Source: Promethearchaeota archaeon (lineage in GTDB: Archaea; Asgardarchaeota; Lokiarchaeia; Sigyniarchaeales; SOKP01). From it: a stretch of DNA of 64,000 bases. This document shows positions 1-9,840 of the stretch, piece after piece. Position 1 is the first letter of the stretch. Every line of letters starts with the position of its first letter. Below the pieces are notes generated by a model. That model was not told the origin of the DNA, searched no databases, and saw nothing but the letters and a program-made list of their open reading frames with translations. Position numbers and translations under genes: made by a program. The stretch spans positions 32,001-96,000 of the forward strand of contig JBHLNT010000001.1 in the NCBI GenBank assembly GCA_048941265.1, given 5' to 3'.

Positions 1-633
1 TTAACTACATTAGAATCCTCTGATGGGAATGATATTTTGTCAATAGCATGTAATCTCCTTGTTGATAAGGACTTTATAATTCTATGTCCCGCTGGAAATT
101 TTGGTCCTGAATCATATACAATTGGAAGTCCTGCAGCTGCTCAAAAAGTTTTAACAATAGGATCACTTACAAAGGAAATGACAATTGCGTATTATAGTGG
201 AAGAGGTCCAACTTTAGATAATAGACTAAAGCCTAATATATGCTTACCAGGTTCAAAAATAGAAATTCCTATATCAAATAAGCGTCGCATTAGATTTTCA
301 GGAACTAGTGTTTCTGCTGCTTTGGCATCAGGTTTAGTTGCTTTACTAAAAGAATATACTCCAAATATATCATATAAAGAATTAATGAATTTATTCCATA
401 ATGTTAGCATTGATCTAAATTACGAAAATATCTCTCAAGGATATGGAACTGTAAATATAATGGAAATTTTCAGAAGATTAGGATATTACCAACAAGCAAT
501 AAGGATCATACCTTATAAAGATTTAATTAAAAAGTCTTTAAAAGCATCTATTGAAATTATAACCTTTTTGATAATTATATATTTGATAGTTTATTTTTTT
601 AATTTAATTTACTTGATTTATAATATATTTTAG
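1..633 (+). CDS. Subtilisin-like (S8) serine protease, 3' part, with C-terminal membrane anchor (5' truncated by window edge)
   Basis: Frame open from base 1; PAGNFGP oxyanion motif, IGSPA, YSGRGPT..KPNI, catalytic-Ser segment FSGTSVSAALASG, QGYG; hydrophobic C-terminal helix. Confidence 0.88.
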   Translation, partial: LTTLESSDGNDILSIACNLLVDKDFIILCPAGNFGPESYTIGSPAAAQKVLTIGSLTKEMTIAYYSGRGPTLDNRLKPNICLPGSKIEIPISNKRRIRFSGTSVSAALASGLVALLKEYTPNISYKELMNLFHNVSIDLNYENISQGYGTVNIMEIFRRLGYYQQAIRIIPYKDLIKKSLKASIEIITFLIIIYLIVYFFNLIYLIYNIF

Positions 634-686
634 AAAGCTTTAGAGAGAGGATATAAATTTTTCCACTATTTCACGTAGCAGTTCCG

Positions 687-1205
687 TTGCTTTTATTTGA
701 GATTCCTAGATTAAAGAAAAAGTATCGTATAAATAGACTTTCTTTAATTATTGGTTCGATGTTTCCAGACATCATTGATAAAACCATTCTTTTTTCAGGT
801 TTAGGAAGTGGTCGCTTTTATTTCCATACATTATTGTTTGCTTTTTTAAGTTTTAGTATTCTTTTCTTAATAACTAAAGGGAATAAAGAAGTAGCTTATC
901 CATTTTTAATTGGTATTATAATTCATTTATTATTAGATTTGCCTGGTATTCCAATATTTTATCCATTTATAGAATATGAGATTATAATTGTTCACGATCC
1001 AATTTCTCATTGGTTTCATACACTTTTAACTAACCCCATTATACAAATTACAGAAATCATTGGCGCAACTTCCTTGATGTTCATTATTTTGCATAATAAA
1101 TTATATAAATTTGAAAATTTTATCAATTATTTGAAAACCAGCCCTCGTTTACCGCCTATATTTGCATCTGAAACAAAACAAGAAATTCAAATCGTAGAAG
1201 ATTAA
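687..1205 (+). CDS. Membrane-bound metal-dependent hydrolase (YdjM-like)
   Basis: GSMFPDIIDK, RFYFHTL, HLLLD motifs in hydrophobic helices; frame extends upstream to ATT at 657 (IFPLFHV), adding the family's first His. Confidence 0.8.
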   Translation: MLLFEIPRLKKKYRINRLSLIIGSMFPDIIDKTILFSGLGSGRFYFHTLLFAFLSFSILFLITKGNKEVAYPFLIGIIIHLLLDLPGIPIFYPFIEYEIIIVHDPISHWFHTLLTNPIIQITEIIGATSLMFIILHNKLYKFENFINYLKTSPRLPPIFASETKQEIQIVED

Positions 1206-1318
1206 ATTATATTAATTTTATGAGATGATAAACCTCAAATAAGGAATTTTTTTATTTTTAAAGATTGCGGAGAAAATACTAGTTAAATGTATTGAAATAA
1301 TTTTTATTCTGAAGTATT

Positions 1319-2059
1319 ATGTCAAACCAAACTAAAATTCTTCAAATTATTGTGGATCATAGAGAAGGAAAATTAAAAGAGTTGTTAGACAAGAAGAAAG
1401 ATATAATAAATTATGAATCAAAACAATTAGATATCGCAGATATAATTATATCTAAAGATGTAGCAATAGAAAGGAAAGAAGGCTTTGATTTCGTGACCTC
1501 TATCATGGATAATCGCTTATTTGAACAACTTTTAAGGTTAAAAGAAACCTATCCTTGCCCCATTCTTATCCTAGAAGGCTTGAACGATGAAGTATTTGAA
1601 AATACTGGGATGAGAATCTCTTCCATTTATGGAGCGCTTTCATTTATATCTTATAAATTAGGCATCGCTGTAATTCCAACGAGGAATATAGAAGATACTG
1701 TTATAGTGATCGAAAGAATTGCTTATCGGGAACAAATAAAAGATGATATGCCTTTATTATCAAGAAAAGCACCGAAAGAAATGTCTGTTGAGCATAGAAG
1801 GACTTTTATCGTGGAAGGTTTTATAGATATTGGCCCTAAAAAAGCTAAAGCACTAATCGAAAAATTTAAAACTCCATATAGAGTTATAAAAGCTATAAGT
1901 AAAACAGAAGTTTTATATACAAGAACAGGAAATCCTAAAGATATAGAAGGTCCTCTTAAAGAAATTCCCGGGATTGGATGGAAATTTGTACACAAAAACA
2001 AAGAAATCCTATTCGGCAAAATTTCTAAGAATCCTCAGAAAAAACTGGATGAGATATGA
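1319..2059 (+). CDS. xpf: XPF/ERCC4 structure-specific endonuclease, short helicase-less form
   Basis: VDHRE, LDIADII, ERKxxxDFVTSIMDNRLFEQLLRL nuclease motif; two HhH-like motifs; C-terminal QKKLDEI resembling a PIP box. Confidence 0.88.
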   Translation: MSNQTKILQIIVDHREGKLKELLDKKKDIINYESKQLDIADIIISKDVAIERKEGFDFVTSIMDNRLFEQLLRLKETYPCPILILEGLNDEVFENTGMRISSIYGALSFISYKLGIAVIPTRNIEDTVIVIERIAYREQIKDDMPLLSRKAPKEMSVEHRRTFIVEGFIDIGPKKAKALIEKFKTPYRVIKAISKTEVLYTRTGNPKDIEGPLKEIPGIGWKFVHKNKEILFGKISKNPQKKLDEI

Positions 2060-2271
2060 GATTGTATATGATGTGTAAAAAAAATTACTTTAAAAATACA
2101 ATCAAATTTGGTTTAGGCCAGTTTTAATTTGTGTAGTAATTTCTAAGGAATACAATGATGAAAAATTAGGAATATTTTAATTGTTTAAATCCTCGTGTAT
2201 ATGAATAAAAATTTCTCTTCTTATATATTTCGGAAAATGGGTTTTACCTATACCTTTTTTAAAAGTTGTCT

Positions 2272-2712
2272 TTAGTTTATTGTACGTCGAGATAATTTAT
2301 TAGCTTTTTTTTTATACAAGTAAGTAAAATAATAATTTGAGCCAAAATAGAAGCCTGCCCAAGAAGGCATAAAGATTAGTGTAATCAGTAGATCCATCCA
2401 TACTATAACAATTATAACACCTAAAAATACAAATATTGGAATTGATACATAAAATGCTATTTTATTCATCAATAACGTACGCTCATAATAAGAAATGAGA
2501 TTTCTTTGCTGCTTTGGACTAAGAACTGAAAAATGAGTGGGACATAATTTGTAATTCGCACATTTAAGACAATAAAGCTCATTACATACCACACAAGTTG
2601 TGTAATTTAGAATCTTTCTGCCTTTATATCCATATTCTTTTGTTAAATATCTTCCACATACCGGACATTTTCCAATTATTACATCATTATATTCGTTTTC
2701 AGATATTACCAT
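2272..2712 (-). CDS. Zn-finger membrane protein, unknown function
   Basis: CPVC, CVVC..YCLKC, CPTH cluster followed by two hydrophobic helices. Confidence 0.65.
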   Translation of the reverse strand: MVISENEYNDVIIGKCPVCGRYLTKEYGYKGRKILNYTTCVVCNELYCLKCANYKLCPTHFSVLSPKQQRNLISYYERTLLMNKIAFYVSIPIFVFLGVIIVIVWMDLLITLIFMPSWAGFYFGSNYYFTYLYKKKANKLSRRTIN

Positions 2713-2939
2713 ATTATTTTCGTAAATATATTTCTGAAATTAAAAAGATATAGTATTCTAAAATATATAAATACTAGAAGTTCAGTAAAATTAGTCTATT
2801 TTGCTCATTACCTCTTATTAACCAATATGAGAAGTGAGGTTGTTCAAAAAAAAAGGAGGAAATCTTATTTAGACAGATCAAGTGATTTTTTCAGTAAAAA
2901 ATTGATGAAATTTGAATATTTAAAAAAGGAAAAAAAATT

Positions 2940-4202
2940 TTAGAGGATATTTCTATATCTTCTTAATAAATTTTGGATAATAAATAGTTGAATGTTGCGG
3001 GCTCCTCCGATAACTTCTTCTATTTTACTCGTGTCCATATACTCATCTATAGGAGTATTGTCAGTTACACTTATTCCTCCCATTTGTTGTTGCACTTCAT
3101 AACAAATCTCGTGAGTAAGTTTAGATACAGAATACTTTCCCTGTGAAGATACGCCTGCTACCCATTTTTCTGCAACCTTACTAGGTTTTTCTGCAAATAA
3201 AATTTTTTCATCATATATAGTGGCAGCTTGAAGGGCTAATGATGTAGCAGCCGTAGTCTTTGATAATAGATCAGCTAATCCAAAGCCAACACCCTCGAAC
3301 TTTATCACTTCTTGCCCAAATTGTTTACGTAAATTCGTATAAATTATACCGTAAATAAGCCCTCCCCAACAGATCCCAATTCCACTCCCCATGATACCAA
3401 GGCGTTCGGGGACTAATCCTTCGAATAATCTAATATAACCGTCTCCATCATCCGCTAAAATATATTCTTTAGGGACTTTCACATTGTTCATAATGGTATG
3501 CGCAATATGAACTCGAGGTACTGATGAAATGTTTAGTCTTCTCGTTTCAAATCCAAATTCCCGCTTTATCATAGACTGTACCATTGTTTGTCTTGGATGT
3601 TCTTTATCATATACTCCGTAGCAGCAAATATAATCTGCTTTAGGTCCATTGGTAGTATAGACTTTTTCTCCATTATATATAACACCATCATCAACTTTTT
3701 TACATGTCATAGTCATATTTACTGCATCAGAACCCCGTTTTGGTTCAGTAATACCAATGCATCCAATTTTTTGGCCAGACATCAATTCATCTTGAACTTT
3801 CGATATGGCATCATTTTGACCCCCGTGGTGGAAATAATGAAATGTAGGATTACCACATAAAATTCCACTAGCTAAACGAGCGAGTTCAAGTTGGGGATCT
3901 AAGAGGGATAAATGTGTTGCCATTAGTATCTCCTTCTTCATACCATAAGGGGTGAAATCTTTCCATTTATTAATTCTTTGCATATATCCACTTTTCCCTA
4001 ATTCAGGAAAGAGTACGTAAACATCTTGAGATTTGTCTATTTTTGATTCTAACTCTAAGCAAAATGTTTGGAGTTCTTGACAAAATTCGATTTCTTCTTG
4101 GTTCAACATAGCAAATACATTATCATTAAAAATTTTGAAGACATTCTCTAAATTCATTTTTTCGAGAATGCTATCATTTATTATCTTCTCTTGAAACTTC
4201 AT
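2940..4202 (-). CDS. Acyl-CoA dehydrogenase family protein
   Basis: GITEPKRGSD, YNGEKVYTTNG, RKQFGQ, QQMGGI, IEEVIGGA motifs. Confidence 0.92.
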   Translation of the reverse strand: MKFQEKIINDSILEKMNLENVFKIFNDNVFAMLNQEEIEFCQELQTFCLELESKIDKSQDVYVLFPELGKSGYMQRINKWKDFTPYGMKKEILMATHLSLLDPQLELARLASGILCGNPTFHYFHHGGQNDAISKVQDELMSGQKIGCIGITEPKRGSDAVNMTMTCKKVDDGVIYNGEKVYTTNGPKADYICCYGVYDKEHPRQTMVQSMIKREFGFETRRLNISSVPRVHIAHTIMNNVKVPKEYILADDGDGYIRLFEGLVPERLGIMGSGIGICWGGLIYGIIYTNLRKQFGQEVIKFEGVGFGLADLLSKTTAATSLALQAATIYDEKILFAEKPSKVAEKWVAGVSSQGKYSVSKLTHEICYEVQQQMGGISVTDNTPIDEYMDTSKIEEVIGGARNIQLFIIQNLLRRYRNIL

Positions 4203-4379
4203 ATTTTCTCAATAAGGAGTTAATTTATGATTTTTATAATAATTTAATAAGTATTTACTTACAATTAAAATTTAATTTTAGATTCCCAATATGAAATTAT
4301 TAAATAATGATAAAATTATTATAATTTTAATTTAATTATTAAAATAAGAAAGAATGAATTAACTCGAAGTTAGATAAAG

Positions 4380-6128
4380 ATGGCAATCCTCCTTATTATG
4401 CTGATTATTCTTGCATCCATTATAATTCTCATTCTTTTACTAGTGTTTCGTTATCGTAGTTTTTTCGGCAAGATAAAAGTAATAAAAAGAAAAAAAGAAA
4501 AAGAAAAGTCATTAGACGTGGCATTAGAAAAATATGTAAGAGAAGAAAGTAAAGAGCCCATGAAACAAAAATTAGAAAAAATAACTGAAATGATTGCTCA
4601 AACTGAAGCATATATCGAGGATACAGTAAAGAAAAAGGTCAGGGTTGCTAAAAGTCAACTCAAAGTTAAAGAAAGTGAAGAAGCATTAATTAGTAAAGCT
4701 AAGATGGAATATAATACTTTTATTTCAGACTTTAAATCAGCAATGCCTAAAACAGAGAAAGAACGAGTTCAGGATATGAAAGAGCTTAAAAGTGCGATAT
4801 TAATGCTCGAAACTTTTGATGAAGAATCTTATGAGGCAAAACCTAAGGAATATGATGCGGGATTAGGTATGTTTTATGATAAGATGTCGCGCCGGTTCCT
4901 TTCTATCATAAATGAAAATAATCTGAACAAATATGATTTTATACCTATCCACGAGATAAAATATTATGCTTTTTCAAATATCAAGAATATAAAAAACGAT
5001 GACATTTTACCTATTTTAAACGTAATGAAAGATACAGAACTTTTGCGTAATTTAATCGAAATAAATCCTACGTTTCAAATCATTGTATTTAATAATGGGG
5101 AGAAATTAGATTTAACTTTCCCTGAAAAAGTTCTTTTAACATTTGCTTATGAAGAAGATATACTTACTAATCAAAAATTAATAGAGTTAACTGATTGGAA
5201 AGAGGATTATGCCAATAAAATTATTGAAGGTTTAAAGGATAAAGGTCTCATTAAGTTTGAAAATGAAAAAATTACAGTTGAGAATTTTGGAAGTGTGGAG
5301 GAACGGAGAAATTGGAACAAAATAATTCAAAATAAAATAGAAGAAGAGAAGAAAAAAGAAGAGGAAAAACGTAAACAACAGTTAGAAAGAGCCGCAAAGC
5401 TGAAAGAACGCTTAGGAGAGGTTGAAGAAGCAGTTATCTCAAAAGAGTCTGACTCTGAAAAAGTATTAAAACAAGAGCCAAGTAAAATTAAATTCAAGCA
5501 AAAACCTGCAATAAAAAAATTACCAAAACTTGAAGGAGAAATTAAACCAGAAGAGGTCACTAGTAAAGATAAACTTAAGGAAGAACAAGATATTAAGGAC
5601 AAGGATGATTTAATCGGAGCCATGGAGGCCCTTGACATAATAGCGCCCGCGAAATCGGTAGAAAAATTAGAATTAAAAGGAGATCTACTAGAAGAAGAAA
5701 TTTCCAATCTTGAAGAATTAATCCCTGAAAAAATATTAAGTTATCATGAAAAATTCACGTTGATTAATGGAGGTTTGTCTCAATATGAAAAAATAAAGCG
5801 ATTTATTGAGCGGGAGTTAGGAAAAATATCCGATGATTTGATAAAATCTGTACTTGAACAGCTAATAGAATTGCAGATGATACATGGCATATATAAAATT
5901 GGAGATTATGATTTTTACCTTTTTAATGAATTGTCACTAACAGAGGATGAAAAAACATTCATTCAATTTGCTATTAACAAGAAACCTATGTTTAAGGAAG
6001 ATTTTATACAAGGATTAAATTGGGATGAGGAAAAAATTTTAAAAACTATGAAAACTCTTCAAGAAAAAAGTATTTTAAGAATTGAAAACAACGAAATTAT
6101 TATCCCTGGGATAATTCAAAATAGATAA
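4380..6128 (+). CDS. Single-pass membrane protein with coiled coils and two EAP30 (ESCRT-II Vps22/Vps36)-like tandem winged-helix modules
   Basis: N-terminal 23-aa TM followed by basic patch; GLGMFYDK..LTFPEKVLL..W..IIEGLKDKGLI module; charged linker; NGGLSQYEKI..ISDDLIKSVL..LTEDEK..LNW..IIIPG module. Confidence 0.7.
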   Translation: MAILLIMLIILASIIILILLLVFRYRSFFGKIKVIKRKKEKEKSLDVALEKYVREESKEPMKQKLEKITEMIAQTEAYIEDTVKKKVRVAKSQLKVKESEEALISKAKMEYNTFISDFKSAMPKTEKERVQDMKELKSAILMLETFDEESYEAKPKEYDAGLGMFYDKMSRRFLSIINENNLNKYDFIPIHEIKYYAFSNIKNIKNDDILPILNVMKDTELLRNLIEINPTFQIIVFNNGEKLDLTFPEKVLLTFAYEEDILTNQKLIELTDWKEDYANKIIEGLKDKGLIKFENEKITVENFGSVEERRNWNKIIQNKIEEEKKKEEEKRKQQLERAAKLKERLGEVEEAVISKESDSEKVLKQEPSKIKFKQKPAIKKLPKLEGEIKPEEVTSKDKLKEEQDIKDKDDLIGAMEALDIIAPAKSVEKLELKGDLLEEEISNLEELIPEKILSYHEKFTLINGGLSQYEKIKRFIERELGKISDDLIKSVLEQLIELQMIHGIYKIGDYDFYLFNELSLTEDEKTFIQFAINKKPMFKEDFIQGLNWDEEKILKTMKTLQEKSILRIENNEIIIPGIIQNR

Positions 6129-6182
6129 TTAAATTTTAAATAAATATTAAAAGCAAACAAATAAATAATTGAGCAGAAAATT

Positions 6183-7856
6183 ATGGTTATGATAATTATT
6201 ATTCAAATTTGTTTTATTGGATTAATAGGTATTTTTTCTCTAAGAGAAAAATTGAGAAAAAGAAGAATAAAAAAAAAGGAAGAAATTGAAGAATTAATTG
6301 ATAAATATGTAGTCGAAGAGAAAAAAAGCATATTAAGACAGAAGTTAACAAAGGTTTTTGAATTAATCACTAAAACTGAAGATTATCTCGAAAGAATTGT
6401 TAAAAGAAAAGTAAAATTCTATGAAGATGATTATACATTTTCTGAAGCTGAGAAGGATCTAATTAAAAAAGCTAAATCTGAATACGATTCATTTTTCTCA
6501 GAATTTAAATCGGCATTACCCAAAACTGAAAAACAACGAATATTAGATATAAAAGAGCTTAAGAATGCAATTTCAATACTGGAATCATTTGATGCAGAAA
6601 CTTATGAAGATAAGGAAAAAGTCTATGATGCGGGAACAGGTATGTTCTATGATAAAATGTCTCGTAAATTTATGTATCTCATGGATGAACACAACTTGAG
6701 TGAATTTACTTTTGTACCTATCCAAAGAATAAAATATTATGCATTTTCAACTATAAAAAATATAAAAGATGAGGATTTCATCCCCGTCTTAAGTGTAATG
6801 AAAGAAACTAATCTTATAAGTGATATTATAGAAATAAACCCTCAGTTTCAAATTATAGTGTTTGATGAGGAAAAAAAAATAGTGTTATCCACCCCCGAAA
6901 AAGTAGTATTAAGTTTTGCCTATGATGAAGATCCCTTGACTCTTCATAAACTAATGGAATTAACCCAATGGAAACAAGATTATGCTAAAAAAATACTAAC
7001 TGAATTAATTAACAGAGAAATTATCTCTATGGAAGATGAGGTTATAAAAGTTAAGAATTTTGGTGAGAGTAATGAAAGGATCAAATGGAATACTTTAATT
7101 GAAAATAAAATTCAGCAAGAGAGAATAAAAGAAGAGAGAAAATACGAAAAAAAGAAAGAAAGAGAGCTTCAATTTAAAACAAAAATAGTAAAAGAGAAAC
7201 AAATTTTTGATGAGAAAATCTCTGAGCCAGATAAGGAGGAAGTCCTTGAAGAAATCAAGTTTAAAGAAATACCATCCGTAAAAGTGCTTCCTTCCCCACA
7301 GAAAGCATTAGAAATAGAAAAAAAGAAGGGAACTGAAGAAATGACCGATGTTATAGACGCTTTAGATAATATTATGCCAACAGAATCAACAATTAATAAA
7401 GAAGTTGAAGAATTGCTAGAAACTGAAAGTCCGGATTTGCAAGATTTAGTTTCTCAAGAAATATTAAACTATCATGAAAATTTTTCTTTAATTAATGGAG
7501 GAATTTCTCAATATGAAAAAATTAAAAAATATATTGAGCAAGAATTAGAAAATGTACCAGAAGAAATGTTAAAAAAGACGTTGGAACAATTATGGGAATT
7601 ACGACTTATTTATGAAATAATTAAAATAGGGGATTATGATTTTTTCTTGTTTAACGATGTTTCTCTTAAAGATGACGATAAGGAATTTTTAAAATTTGCT
7701 ATTAACAAAAAACCTATGAAAAACGAAGATTTTATTCAAGGTCTTAATTGGGAAGAGTATAAAATAACATGGACTATAGAGAGACTACAAGAAAAAGGGT
7801 TGTTAAGAAAAGAAAATGATTATATTATTATTCCAGGGATCGTTCAATTAGAATAA
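6183..7856 (+). CDS. Tandem paralog of 4380..6128 (TM plus two EAP30-like modules)
   Basis: Colinear similarity with the previous ORF (FKSAxPKTEK, YDAGxGMFYDKMSR, EINPxFQIIVF, INGGxSQYEKIK, KIGDYDF, AINKKPM, IIIPGI). Confidence 0.7.
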   Translation: MVMIIIIQICFIGLIGIFSLREKLRKRRIKKKEEIEELIDKYVVEEKKSILRQKLTKVFELITKTEDYLERIVKRKVKFYEDDYTFSEAEKDLIKKAKSEYDSFFSEFKSALPKTEKQRILDIKELKNAISILESFDAETYEDKEKVYDAGTGMFYDKMSRKFMYLMDEHNLSEFTFVPIQRIKYYAFSTIKNIKDEDFIPVLSVMKETNLISDIIEINPQFQIIVFDEEKKIVLSTPEKVVLSFAYDEDPLTLHKLMELTQWKQDYAKKILTELINREIISMEDEVIKVKNFGESNERIKWNTLIENKIQQERIKEERKYEKKKERELQFKTKIVKEKQIFDEKISEPDKEEVLEEIKFKEIPSVKVLPSPQKALEIEKKKGTEEMTDVIDALDNIMPTESTINKEVEELLETESPDLQDLVSQEILNYHENFSLINGGISQYEKIKKYIEQELENVPEEMLKKTLEQLWELRLIYEIIKIGDYDFFLFNDVSLKDDDKEFLKFAINKKPMKNEDFIQGLNWEEYKITWTIERLQEKGLLRKENDYIIIPGIVQLE

Positions 7857-7917
7857 TTTAACCAAACATTGATCTGTATATAAGTTTAAAGAAAATCTTT
7901 AAAAATTGAAACTATGA

Positions 7918-9669
7918 TTAATAATTATTTTTTACATTATCCATAACAGTTTCAATTTCATTTAAATAGGTATCTCGTTTTCCAAAAATATAAAATCTAA
8001 CTTCAGGTCCTGTACCCGAGGGGCGAAAGTATAGCGTGGAATCTTTACTTTTTAATTGGTAGATATCTATCATATTATTATTATCAGATAAAGCTTGTAC
8101 ACTATAGTGTTTATCTTTTATTTCTATAGTTTTATTATGATTTCTTTCAAAATTTTTCATAATCTTTACTTTCTCCTCATCAGTTGCCGGTATTGTTTGA
8201 TTTATTCCCATTATTGACCAATCGATTGATTGAGATATAATATATCCTCTGCAAATAAGTTCAGTAATTAGTACTAAAGCAGGAACCGGATATTTATCAG
8301 CTATTAAAGGTAAAGGGGAAGAAAAAGAAAATTCTCTTGTATCTGAATTTCTTGATACATTTAAAATGTTAATCGTATGCCCTCCCGATTCTTCCCACAT
8401 CACTGTGACAAATTGACTTTCCTCTAAATGTTGTTTTTCCATTAAATCAATAATCTTTTGGTTCAATGGGATAGGATTGTCTATTTTTATCAATTCTTTA
8501 TTATCTCCTTGCATATAAAGGATGGCAGTATCAATCTTAGACTTTTCAACTTCTATTCCCATTAGAAAATATAATATCACTCCTAAATGTTTATAGCCCA
8601 CGCCAGTCAAAATATTCATAAAGCTAGTATCATCACTTCTTAAGTCAGTTGGAATCGTCCGGATATTGATAATTTTTTTATTGAAATCTTTAGCTAAAAT
8701 GTTATGCATGGCAGAATAAATTTCATTTGGGATATATATGAAATACTGATCATCTCGCTTCACATAAAGAGCAATTCTGTCGCGATCAGCATCAAGCAAT
8801 AGCGCTAAATTTGAGTTGGATTCAGTCATTACTTTCTGCAACTTTTCCTCCTTAATCACTTTGATGGGATTAGGGGGATTTATTTCTTCATTTATTAAAA
8901 TTACATTTGCTCCATAATCTTTAAATAAATTTACGATGCCACGTGCTTCACCTAAATATGGCCAGATTATTATATTTCTATTCTTCAAACTTTTTATTTC
9001 CAATACATCAGCCAAAATCCCTTTCACATATTCATTATTTCTTTGAATGGCATCCGTGAGTATTGGCTTAAAATCAGTTTTAAAATAAATTTCTTTATAG
9101 TTTTTTGCTAGTTCAGAAATTTGCTTAAATAAATCCCCTGACATCGGAATAGGGTACTCAATATAAAATTTTATACCATTCCAAGATAAATCATTATGAC
9201 TTGCCGTAAGTACAATCACAAGATCAATGTCATCATATAATGCTACTGATGCTGCACCATAAGGGGATGAAACTTTAGACTCCCCTGGAAAATCGTCTTG
9301 GTAATAAATTTCATATCCATCATATGCAAAAATTTGTGAAATATAATTTAGGAGGATATCTTTGCTTGGTCTATCATCAGTAACAATTAGAACCTTTAAA
9401 TTCTGGCCATTTTTAATCTCTTTGAATTTGTCACTAATTGCTTTTGCAACTCGTAGGAATAAGAAGAGCTTTCGATTAGTTAAGAAGTATTGATCGTCGG
9501 CAAGGATATCATATATTTGAATTCTCAAACCAGATGTAGGTGCGACTATTGGATCAATTATGTTTATTTCTTCTTCAATTAACTCTGGTAATATCAATTT
9601 TTTAATTCCATTTTTACCATCAGTCATTTGGAGATCTTCAATTTTATATTTGAACAATTTATCCACCAT
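7918..9669 (-). CDS. Phosphohexomutase (PGM/PMM) family protein, divergent
   Basis: TASHN phospho-Ser motif, DADRDR metal loop, EESGG sugar loop, RPSGTGPEVRFY. Confidence 0.88.
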   Translation of the reverse strand: MVDKLFKYKIEDLQMTDGKNGIKKLILPELIEEEINIIDPIVAPTSGLRIQIYDILADDQYFLTNRKLFLFLRVAKAISDKFKEIKNGQNLKVLIVTDDRPSKDILLNYISQIFAYDGYEIYYQDDFPGESKVSSPYGAASVALYDDIDLVIVLTASHNDLSWNGIKFYIEYPIPMSGDLFKQISELAKNYKEIYFKTDFKPILTDAIQRNNEYVKGILADVLEIKSLKNRNIIIWPYLGEARGIVNLFKDYGANVILINEEINPPNPIKVIKEEKLQKVMTESNSNLALLLDADRDRIALYVKRDDQYFIYIPNEIYSAMHNILAKDFNKKIINIRTIPTDLRSDDTSFMNILTGVGYKHLGVILYFLMGIEVEKSKIDTAILYMQGDNKELIKIDNPIPLNQKIIDLMEKQHLEESQFVTVMWEESGGHTINILNVSRNSDTREFSFSSPLPLIADKYPVPALVLITELICRGYIISQSIDWSIMGINQTIPATDEEKVKIMKNFERNHNKTIEIKDKHYSVQALSDNNNMIDIYQLKSKDSTLYFRPSGTGPEVRFYIFGKRDTYLNEIETVMDNVKNNY

Positions 9670-9840
9670 GTAATGATAACTAAAAATTTTAAATTATTAG
9701 ATTTAAGTAATTGAAAAGTTAAAATTTTTATTAAATTATTTTAATCCTCAAATTAGAGATTTTCTCGAATTTTTTGCTGCTTACTTACATACAAAATTTT
9801 TGATACACATTTTAGATTTAAAAAATTAATCTTTAAAAGT

